DNA of 64,000 nucleotides from an uncultured Alphaproteobacteria bacterium (GTDB lineage Bacteria; Pseudomonadota; Alphaproteobacteria; RF32; CAG-239): NCBI GenBank assembly GCA_910587405.1, contig CAJUKS010000004.1, positions 5,977 to 69,976 of the forward strand, read 5' to 3'. Shown piece by piece: positions 56,274 to 64,000 of this stretch (position 1 is its first letter; each line of letters starts with the position of its first letter). The notes under the pieces were generated by a model. It saw only the letters and a program-made list of their open reading frames with translations, ran no database searches and was not told where the DNA came from. The position numbers and the translations under genes were made by a program.

Positions 56274-58970
56274 TTAGCAAGCTTTCTTGCAGCAGCAAGA
56301 GCCTTTGCCTTCTTCTTTCTTGTCGTTCTTGTGACGAACGGCAGCCTGAGCGGCAGCCAGACGCGCAACCGGTACACGGTACGGCGAGCAGGAAACATAG
56401 TTCATGCCGCAGGTCTGGAAGAAATCGATCGACATCGGATCGCCGCCGTGTTCGCCGCAAACGCCCAGCCAAATGCTCGGGTTGGCGCAACGGGCTTTTT
56501 CACAGGCCAGCTTAACCAAACAACCGACGCCTTCAACATCAATCGAGGCAAACGGATCGGCAACATAAACGCCGCGGGCACGATATTCGTCCAAAATCGC
56601 GCCGGTATCGTCACGGCTCATACCCAAAGTGGTCTGAGTCAGGTCGTTGGTACCGAAACCGAAGAATTCGGCCGATTTTGCCAACTCGTCAGCTTTGAGG
56701 GCTGCACGCGGCAATTCAATCATCGAACCGACTTCGTATTTGATCTTTTTGCCTTTTTCGGCAAAGATCTTTTCGGCCGTGGTATCAATAATGTCCTTAA
56801 CGATATCCAGTTCTTTCTTCGAACCGGTCAGCGGAACTTCGATTTCCGGCAGAACGTTAACGCCTTCGGCTTCACATTCCATGGCTGCTTCCAAAATGGC
56901 GCGAGTCTGCATTTCGCAAATTTCCGGATAGGTAATCGGCAGACGGCAACCGCGGTGACCCAGCATCGGGTTGGCTTCGTGCAGAGCATTGGCACGCTGC
57001 TTAACTTTTTCCAGGCTCATACCGATTTTGTCGGCCAACTCCTGCATTTCGGCATCGGTGTGCGGCAGGAACTCGTGCAACGGCGGATCCAACAGACGGA
57101 TAACGACCGGCAGACCGTCCATGATTTTGAACAGATCTTTGAAGTCCTGTTTCTGATACGGCAGCAGACGGGCCAAAGCGGCACGGCGGCCTTCTTCGTT
57201 TTCGGCCAAAATCATTGCACGCATGTCCGGAATACGGTCAGCGTCAAAGAACATATGTTCGGTACGGGCCAAACCGATACCCTGAGCACCGAAATCGCGA
57301 GCCGTCTGAGCGTCTTTCGGCGTTTCGGCGTTGGCACGAACTTCCAAAGTGCGGATTTCGTCAACCCAACCCATCAGTTTGCCGAAGTTACCGCTGTTGG
57401 TGTCAGCCTTAACCGTCGGAACCTGTCCTTCGATGATCTGACCTTTGGCACCGTCCAACGATACCCAGTCACCTTCTTTGACAACAACGCCTTTGTCGGT
57501 AGTCATCGTCTTTTTGGCATAATCGATATGGATTTCGTGAGAACCGGAAACGCAGGGGGTACCCATACCGCGGGCAACCACCGCCGCGTGCGAAGTCATA
57601 CCGCCGCGAGCCGTAATAACACCCTGGGCCGCATGCATGCCGCCGATGTCTTCCGGCGAAGTTTCGTTACGGATCAAGATAACTTTTTCACCTTTGGCAG
57701 CCCATGCTTCGGCGTCTTCGGCATTGAAAACGGCACGGCCGACCGCAGCGCCCGGCGAAGCCGGCAAACCGGTGGCAATAACGTTTTTCTTGGCTTTCGG
57801 ATCCAACATCGGGTGCAGCAGCTGATCAAGCTGGTCGGCACCGACGCGCATAATCGCTTCTTCTTTGTTGATCAGGCCTTCTTCAACCATCTCAACCGCC
57901 ATACGGACAGCAGCGGCGGCCGTACGTTTGCCGTTACGGCACTGCAGCATCCACAGTTTGCCGTGTTCAATGGTAAATTCCATATCCTGCATGTCTTTGT
58001 AATGTTTTTCAAGGTTGTTGCGAACATCAACCAGTTCCTGATACAGATGCGGCCATTTTTCTTCCAGAGAATTGCCGTCGCCTTTGCTGGCCATCGGTTG
58101 CGGGGTACGGATACCGGCCACAACGTCTTCGCCCTGAGCGTTAACCAGATATTCGCCGTAGTAAACATTTTCACCGGTAGCCGGGTCACGCGAGAAGCAA
58201 ACGCCGGTTGCACAGTCATCGCCGGCATTGCCGAATACCATGGTCTGTACGTTAACGGCTGTACCCCAGTCGCCCGGAATATTGTTCAGCTTACGGTAAG
58301 TAATGGCGCGGGCGGCCATCCAGGAACCGAATACGGCGCCGATACCGGCCCACAGCTGATCCCACGGATCCTGCGGAACTACTTTACCGGTTTTGGCACC
58401 GATTTCTTTATATTCTTTAACCAGTTCTTTGAGATCTTCGGCCGTCAGATCGGTGTCGGCTTTGTATCCCTTCGACTTTTTCATATTTTCCAAAGCTTCT
58501 TCATACAATTCGATGTCGGCGCCGAGAACAACGTCGGAGAACATCTGCAGAAAACGGCGGTAGGAGTCATAAGCAAATCTTTCCGAACCGCTGGCTTTGG
58601 CCAGAGCCTTAACCGTTTCGTCATTCAAACCGAGGTTCAAAACGGTATCCATCATGCCCGGCATGGAAACGCGCGCACCGGAACGAACCGAGAACAACAG
58701 CGGATTTTCGGCATCGGCAAATTTTTTGCCCATGATTTTTTCAACGCCGGCAACCGCAGCCTTAACCTGTTCTTTAAGGTCGGCCGGATAGGTCTTGTTG
58801 TTGTCATAGTAGTAGGTGCAGACTTCAGTCGTTACTGTAAATCCGGGAGGAACCGGTAAACCAACCTTGTTCATTTCTGCCAGGTTGGCACCTTTACCGC
58901 CCAGGAGGTTTTTCATGGAAGCATCGCCTTCGGCTTGACCGTTTCCAAATGTGTATACCCATTTACTCAT
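56274..58970 (-). CDS. ppdK: pyruvate, phosphate dikinase
   Basis: ATP-grasp N-terminus, phosphohistidine domain GGMTSHAAVVARGMG, PEP-utilising TIM barrel C-terminus, ~898 aa. Confidence 0.95.
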   Translation of the reverse strand: MSKWVYTFGNGQAEGDASMKNLLGGKGANLAEMNKVGLPVPPGFTVTTEVCTYYYDNNKTYPADLKEQVKAAVAGVEKIMGKKFADAENPLLFSVRSGARVSMPGMMDTVLNLGLNDETVKALAKASGSERFAYDSYRRFLQMFSDVVLGADIELYEEALENMKKSKGYKADTDLTAEDLKELVKEYKEIGAKTGKVVPQDPWDQLWAGIGAVFGSWMAARAITYRKLNNIPGDWGTAVNVQTMVFGNAGDDCATGVCFSRDPATGENVYYGEYLVNAQGEDVVAGIRTPQPMASKGDGNSLEEKWPHLYQELVDVRNNLEKHYKDMQDMEFTIEHGKLWMLQCRNGKRTAAAAVRMAVEMVEEGLINKEEAIMRVGADQLDQLLHPMLDPKAKKNVIATGLPASPGAAVGRAVFNAEDAEAWAAKGEKVILIRNETSPEDIGGMHAAQGVITARGGMTSHAAVVARGMGTPCVSGSHEIHIDYAKKTMTTDKGVVVKEGDWVSLDGAKGQIIEGQVPTVKADTNSGNFGKLMGWVDEIRTLEVRANAETPKDAQTARDFGAQGIGLARTEHMFFDADRIPDMRAMILAENEEGRRAALARLLPYQKQDFKDLFKIMDGLPVVIRLLDPPLHEFLPHTDAEMQELADKIGMSLEKVKQRANALHEANPMLGHRGCRLPITYPEICEMQTRAILEAAMECEAEGVNVLPEIEVPLTGSKKELDIVKDIIDTTAEKIFAEKGKKIKYEVGSMIELPRAALKADELAKSAEFFGFGTNDLTQTTLGMSRDDTGAILDEYRARGVYVADPFASIDVEGVGCLVKLACEKARCANPSIWLGVCGEHGGDPMSIDFFQTCGMNYVSCSPYRVPVARLAAAQAAVRHKNDKKEEGKGSCCCKKAC

Positions 58971-59216
58971 GGTTATTTTAGCTCCTATAGCTATAAGGTT
59001 AAAACAAAAATCACACTTTTATAGCAGTTTACGCAAAATATGATTTTAAAACAAATTCAGTTCAAGAAGTTATAACACTTCCGGCGATTCTTCAAGCAAA
59101 ATCTTTTGAAGGCCTCCGTTTATCAACAGCCGGCCGATTCGTCTCTCCGCGCCGCGGCTTGACATCACAACCGCCGTATGTTAGCCTTTTGCATATTTTG
59201 GAGATATTCTCAAATG

Positions 59217-60047
59217 ATGAAGATCGTTTATCAGGGCGTTGCCGGCGCCTATTCGCATATTGCGGCGCAAAACATTTATCCCGGACAAACCTATCTGCCG
59301 TGCGAAACTTTCGAACAGGCGATGGACATGGTGCAGAAAAACCTCGCCGACCTGGCGGTGATTCCGGTCGAAAACTCCAACGCCGGACGGGTTGCCGACG
59401 TTCATTTTCTGTTGCCCGAAACCGGATTGTTTATCAACGGCGAATATTTTCTGCGGGTCGAACATCAGCTGCTCGGCCTGCCCGGCTCCCGCTTGGAAGA
59501 AATCATTTCCGCTTCTTCGCATCCGCAGGCGCTCGCCCAGTGTTCCGCTTTCCTCAAACAACGCAAAATCAGTGCCGTCGCCCGCATCGACACCGCCAAG
59601 TCGTGTCAGGACATCCTCAACTTTCGGGATAAAAGCAAAGCGGCAATCGCCTCCAAACTGGCCGCCGAAATTTACGGATTGGAAATATTAAAATCCAACA
59701 TCGAAAACGATTGCCGCAACACCACCCGCTTTTTGCTGATGAGTCGTGACGATCAAACACCCCCGGATGACGGCAGCCGTTTCATCACTTCGTGCATTTT
59801 CCGCGTGAAGTCGATTCCGGCGGCGTTGTACAAAGCTTTGGGCGGATTCGCCACCAACGGCATCAACCTTACCAAACTTGAAAGTTATCAGGTCGACGGC
59901 AGATTCGTTTCCGCCCGTTTTTATATGGAAATCGAGTCCCACCCGGACCGCCCGTCTTTTCAAAACGCTTTTGACGAACTGCGCTTTTTCGCCGACGAGC
60001 TGCATATTCTCGGCACTTATGCCGCCAGTCCTTTCAGGGAGAAATAA
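59217..60047 (+). CDS. pheA: prephenate dehydratase (PDT + ACT domains)
   Basis: MKIVYQGVAGAYSH N-terminus, C-terminal ACT; no chorismate mutase domain. Confidence 0.88.
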   Translation: MKIVYQGVAGAYSHIAAQNIYPGQTYLPCETFEQAMDMVQKNLADLAVIPVENSNAGRVADVHFLLPETGLFINGEYFLRVEHQLLGLPGSRLEEIISASSHPQALAQCSAFLKQRKISAVARIDTAKSCQDILNFRDKSKAAIASKLAAEIYGLEILKSNIENDCRNTTRFLLMSRDDQTPPDDGSRFITSCIFRVKSIPAALYKALGGFATNGINLTKLESYQVDGRFVSARFYMEIESHPDRPSFQNAFDELRFFADELHILGTYAASPFREK

Positions 60048-60052
60048 CGACA

Positions 60053-60657
60053 TGACTGAACAATTGATTATATTTGACACCGAATACGCCTCCTGGCAGG
60101 GTTTTCTCACCGCTCCCGAAGCCGAAAAGAAGAAGGCGGAAATTGTCCAAATTGCCGCGGTTAAAGTAAATTTGCCCGACTTAAGCGTGGCGGAGAACCT
60201 CAATCTTTACATCAAACCGCACTTCACCCCGCGCTTAACCGAATATTTTATCAATCTCACCGGTATCACCGATGCGCTGCTGGAACAAGAAGGCCTTCCT
60301 TTTCCCGAAGCCTACCGGCGTTTTAAACAATTTGCCGGCCGCCTGCCCTGCTACTCGCACGGCTGGTCGTTAGCTTCGGGATCGACCGCCGACGGCATCG
60401 TCATCGGCTACAATCTCGAAATGTTCGGCATCTCCGACGATTCTCCGCTCGACTATCGCAATATCGCCGACTGGTTTAAACAGGCCTACGCGGAAAAAAA
60501 CATTTCGATCAAATGCCAAGCCTCGGGACAAATTGCCAAGCTGCTGGGCCTGGAAGCACAACTTAAAGAGTTGGGACTGGACGAACACAACGCTTTTTAT
60601 GACGTTCATTCCATCTTGGCCGGCTTGCGTTTTCTCGGTTTTAAAAAGCTTTTTTAA
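60053..60657 (+). CDS. DnaQ-like 3'-5' exonuclease (DEDDh)
   Basis: IIFDTEYASW (Exo I) and HNAFYDVHS (Exo III) motifs. Confidence 0.6.
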
Positions 60658-60751
60658 TTTTGTCACCGGTTGTGCATCCGATCATACAAAGGTTAACCGG
60701 TGTTGTTGAAAAACAACCGGTTCTTTAATTTTTTGCAAACTGAAATAAATT

Positions 60752-61363
60752 TTATAAAGAATCGATCAGATCAATCGATTGATCAATCAACTTCCGACGT
60801 GTCGGTTCATCCAGATGGGCCGTCAGCGCTTTTTCCAACAACCCGACGCTCCGGCGGCTGACAATTTCCGCCAGCTCGCTTTCGGCACGAACCCGTTCGC
60901 CTTCAATTCGCTGTTTGGCCGTTTTCTCCTGCGCATCCAGCCTTTGTTCCAGCTCGGCGGTCAGATTCTTTTTCAACGCGCTGATTTCCCGCTTTGACTT
61001 TTTCACCACCGCAGCAGTTTCGTCATCGATTCCTTCGAGTTTTTCCTCATAAGCCGCCAACAGCTTCCGCGCCTCGGTTTTAAGATTCTCGGCATCGGTG
61101 ATACGTCCGGTCTCTTTGGCAATATGTTGCCCCAAAAAGCCGAACAAAGCCTTTTTCAGCGGGATAAACAACCCGACCGCCACCATCACAAAAGCCATTC
61201 CGACCCAAAATTCGGGCGACAGGTAAAAGACCTCGTGTTCGCCCCCCAGTTCCTGAGTGGTGCTTTTTAAAATTGTTTCCACGTTATCCGCCGCACCGAT
61301 AACCGCTTCCTGAGTGGCATCCAGCAGCTCTTTTCCGGCCGTGTTGACTGACTGTTCATCCAT
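60752..61363 (-). CDS. atpF: F0F1 ATP synthase subunit b
   Basis: N-terminal TM + long coiled coil; position in atpIBEF'F cluster. Confidence 0.85.
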   Translation of the reverse strand: MDEQSVNTAGKELLDATQEAVIGAADNVETILKSTTQELGGEHEVFYLSPEFWVGMAFVMVAVGLFIPLKKALFGFLGQHIAKETGRITDAENLKTEARKLLAAYEEKLEGIDDETAAVVKKSKREISALKKNLTAELEQRLDAQEKTAKQRIEGERVRAESELAEIVSRRSVGLLEKALTAHLDEPTRRKLIDQSIDLIDSL

Positions 61364-61844
61364 CGTTTCGTTCCTGTTCGGCTATTCGGGCAATATCGGC
61401 AACCGAGACGTTTTCCAGCCCCAGCTTGGCAGCAATTCCGGCAGCCAGCGCAACCGAGATTTTTTCAATCTGTTCCATTGTCTGATGCCGGTTTTCGGCA
61501 ATCTGCCGTTCGTTTTCCAGCAACATTTCCTGCAAACGCCGCGACGTTTCGGCATCGCGTTCGGCAATTGTCCGATGCAGTTCTTCGCTGGCCTTATGCA
61601 TTTCTTCCGCCGCTTCATCATTGGCTTTTTTCAATGCCTGCCGATATTTTTCCAACGCCGCTTCCGCCGCCTGCTTAAACTCGCCGGCAGCATTCAGATA
61701 ATCATCAATCTTACGTTGGCGTTGATTTAAAATATCGGTAATTTTCGGCACGATCATTTTGGCCATAATCAGCCACATCAGCCCAAAGCTGACCACCAGC
61801 CAAAAGCTCTGCGAACTGAAAGTTGAAAAATCAAGCTGTGGCAT
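61356..61844 (-). CDS. atpF2: F0F1 ATP synthase subunit b'
   Basis: second b-type subunit typical of alphaproteobacteria. Confidence 0.8.
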   Translation of the reverse strand: MPQLDFSTFSSQSFWLVVSFGLMWLIMAKMIVPKITDILNQRQRKIDDYLNAAGEFKQAAEAALEKYRQALKKANDEAAEEMHKASEELHRTIAERDAETSRRLQEMLLENERQIAENRHQTMEQIEKISVALAAGIAAKLGLENVSVADIARIAEQERNDG

Positions 61845-61931
61845 CGACGCCGTTCTCCTTTAAATAAATTGCCGCATCCGACAACGGGAAAAGCCGCCGG
61901 CTTCCCCCGTTTCGCAAACCTGCAGCCCTTT

Positions 61932-62156
61932 TTATTCCCCGCCGGTCAGCATGACCAGAGCGATAACCAGCGCATACAGCGCAATCGCTTCAATAGCGGC
62001 AAAACCGGCCCAACCGTAGATGTCCACGTCTTTCTTAACCTGCGGGTTACGTCCGACCGTTGTAATGATGGTGGTCCACAGTTTGGTAACGCCCCAGGCC
62101 GCTACGGTCATCGACAAAGCGCAAATCGCCGCACTAATATAAGCTATAGGTTCCAT
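61932..62156 (-). CDS. atpE: F0F1 ATP synthase subunit c
   Basis: hairpin of two TM helices, 74 aa, conserved carboxylate helix. Confidence 0.9.
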   Translation of the reverse strand: MEPIAYISAAICALSMTVAAWGVTKLWTTIITTVGRNPQVKKDVDIYGWAGFAAIEAIALYALVIALVMLTGGE

Positions 62157-62211
62157 TTAATTTTCCTTTCCGAATTTAATTTTAACATTTTAACCATAAT
62201 AATCATTTTCG

Positions 62212-62934
62212 TCAGTGGCTGCGGATGGCATCCCCGAGATAAATACAACTCAGCACCGTATAAATAAACGCCTGCAAAAGTGCAATAAACAACTCAAAAA
62301 CTATAATGCAGGCATCAAAAAACAACGGTACGATTCCCAACACGCCCAAACTGACCACAAAACCGGCAATAATCTTGAGCATAATATGCCCGACCGTCAT
62401 GTTGGCGACCAGACGGACCGTCAGACTGAAGGGCTTGGAAAGCATCGAAATCGTCTCAATCGGCATGATCAGCGGCGCCAGCGCCAGCGGAATTCCCTTG
62501 GGCATAAAAGTTCTGAAATAACCCCATTTGCGTTTTTTGATACCGACCGCAATATTAAACAGCAGTGCCACGATCGACAGCGTTCCGACCGCGGTGGCGT
62601 GGGAAGTAAAGGTAAAAGCATACGGAAACAGCCCCAACACGTTGCCGAAAGCAATAAACAAAAACAACGAAAAAATAAAACTGAAATATTTCAGGCCTTC
62701 CGGTCCCAGATTTTCTTTCATCAAATTGGCAATAAAACCGTATATGCATTCGGGAAGCGATTGCGCCAGCCCCGGCACGATGGTGCGCCGCCGCAGACAA
62801 AGGCCGAACAAAAGAGCGGCCGCCAACACGGACAGCATCATAAACAACGAGGAATTGGTAAAAGATATATCGACATCACCGACCTTAAGCGGAATAATCG
62901 GCTTAATCACAAATTGTTCCATCGGATTTGACAC
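62212..62934 (-). CDS. atpB: F0F1 ATP synthase subunit a
   Basis: MTVGHIMLKIIAGF / LLQAFIYTVL C-terminal helices with conserved Arg. Confidence 0.9.
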   Translation of the reverse strand: MSNPMEQFVIKPIIPLKVGDVDISFTNSSLFMMLSVLAAALLFGLCLRRRTIVPGLAQSLPECIYGFIANLMKENLGPEGLKYFSFIFSLFLFIAFGNVLGLFPYAFTFTSHATAVGTLSIVALLFNIAVGIKKRKWGYFRTFMPKGIPLALAPLIMPIETISMLSKPFSLTVRLVANMTVGHIMLKIIAGFVVSLGVLGIVPLFFDACIIVFELFIALLQAFIYTVLSCIYLGDAIRSH

Positions 62935-62939
62935 GTCAG

Positions 62940-63251
62940 CTACTCCTCATCCTCTTTTCGTTTTTCTTCCGCTTGGGCCAGACGGTAAACGTTCAAAAAC
63001 CCCGCGGCGCCCCCCAACAGTAAAAACAACGCCAAAAACAGCGGCCGCGTTCCGGCCAGCCGGTCAAGCACAAAACCGACCGCACCGCCGACCAACACTG
63101 CCGATAACAACTCGACCGCAATTCTCATTCCGATCGCCGCCGCACTGGAATATTCCGACGTTTTGGCCGATGCGGCATGATCCACCTCCCGTTTTTTCAG
63201 ACGTGAAATCTTATGTTCCAGCTCCCTGATGTCATCGGGAATTTTTTTCAT
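62940..63251 (-). CDS. atpI: ATP synthase protein I-like (AtpI/AtpZ)
   Basis: small 2-TM protein immediately upstream of atpB. Confidence 0.6.
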   Translation of the reverse strand: MKKIPDDIRELEHKISRLKKREVDHAASAKTSEYSSAAAIGMRIAVELLSAVLVGGAVGFVLDRLAGTRPLFLALFLLLGGAAGFLNVYRLAQAEEKRKEDEE

Positions 63252-63277
63252 CGGACAGCATATTCCTTAAATATTAC

Positions 63278-63967
63278 TTACTTGTTAAGATCCAGATATT
63301 TATTTAACACTTCCTGCAATGTTTCATAATCCGGCATCCCGGGCAGAATTTCCTCACCGTCGGGACCGCGAACCAAAAACGACGGCGTTCCCTGAATACG
63401 CAGTTTTTCGAGGGCATCCTGACGTACCGCCATAATTTCTTTGGCCGTATCGTCGTCAGCCATGCAAAGATTGGCCTGTTCCTTGCTCAGACCTTCCAGT
63501 TCCGCATAACTGGCCAGCAGCTTTTCGGCTTTGAAGGACAATCCCCAGGTCAACTGCTTTTTAAACAACACGCTCAGAAAATCGAAATATTTGTCAGCCG
63601 GCATACAGCGCGCCAGCATCGCCGCTTTCATCGACCGACCGTCAATCGGAAAATCGGCAAACACCAGCTTGACTTTGCCGGTGTCGATATAATCTTTCTT
63701 AAGCTGAGGCAGCATATTCAGATGAAAATCCGCGCAATGGGAACATCCGAGCGAAGAAAACTCATAAATTGTCACCGGTGCGGCCGGATTGCCGAGAACC
63801 CGCACTTCATCCATTTCAAAACGGCTCGGCACTACGCTGCCGTCCACAACCGGAACCGCGGCTTGAGCAGACCGGACCAAAACCAGGTTTCCGTCCACCC
63901 AGTCAAAACCTTTCTGAAACAGATAATAGCCGTCGGCCATAACAAACATAAACGTAATCGCCAACAT
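63278..63967 (-). CDS. DsbA-like thioredoxin-fold protein (CSHC active site)
   Basis: EFSSLGCSHCADF thioredoxin motif. Confidence 0.75.
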   Translation of the reverse strand: MLAITFMFVMADGYYLFQKGFDWVDGNLVLVRSAQAAVPVVDGSVVPSRFEMDEVRVLGNPAAPVTIYEFSSLGCSHCADFHLNMLPQLKKDYIDTGKVKLVFADFPIDGRSMKAAMLARCMPADKYFDFLSVLFKKQLTWGLSFKAEKLLASYAELEGLSKEQANLCMADDDTAKEIMAVRQDALEKLRIQGTPSFLVRGPDGEEILPGMPDYETLQEVLNKYLDLNK

Positions 63968-64000
63968 TTGGCTGATTTTTTTTATTATATTTTCAAAAGT

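Noticed and set aside
56127-58859. 910-aa plus-strand ORF antisense to ppdK, and the many 60-370-aa antisense ORFs inside ileS, ftsH, uvrC, anmK and tyrS
   Set aside because: They are low-complexity, Arg/Gly/His-rich translations of the opposite strand of well-supported genes, with no RBS or motif. They are GC-driven shadow ORFs.

Overview
This 64 kb window is chromosomal DNA of an alphaproteobacterium. The evidence is a split atpI-B-E-F'-F operon, adjacent uvrC and pgsA, a pal-cpoB-tilS-ftsH-glmM block, rplU-rpmA-obg, secE-nusG, a long eukaryote-like IleS and pyruvate phosphate dikinase. About two thirds of the window is recognisable housekeeping; I called roughly 77 CDS and one tRNA-Trp. 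Several conserved gene pairs are broken by blocks of orphan genes that have their own promoters and terminators. (1) A 6.6 kb block of eight hypothetical genes lies between tRNA-Trp and secE, a junction that is normally tight. It includes a gluzincin-like HExxH protein, a 449-aa low-complexity protein, a lipoprotein behind a structured attenuator-like leader, and a candidate His/Cys enzyme. (2) A two-gene insertion, a 13-Cys protein plus a small P-loop kinase, splits the rlmH-rsfS pair. (3) Three tandem paralogous orphan genes sit where tolB would be, between pal and ppdK; two of them are followed by 31-34 bp perfect GC-rich palindromes. The 21-33 kb stretch is dense in small orphan ORFs: a tandem paralogous pair, a 547-aa orphan next to a divergent UDG-superfamily protein, and an operon of two small membrane proteins, a metallophosphoesterase and a hypothetical protein. 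I found no integrase, transposase, CRISPR array or recognisable defence-system enzyme. The orphan blocks look most like lineage-specific secreted or effector-type cargo and small modules of unknown function, plausibly from a host-associated alphaproteobacterium. None of the hypothetical proteins can be assigned a function from sequence alone. All product calls rest on motifs I recognised by eye; I could run no database search.
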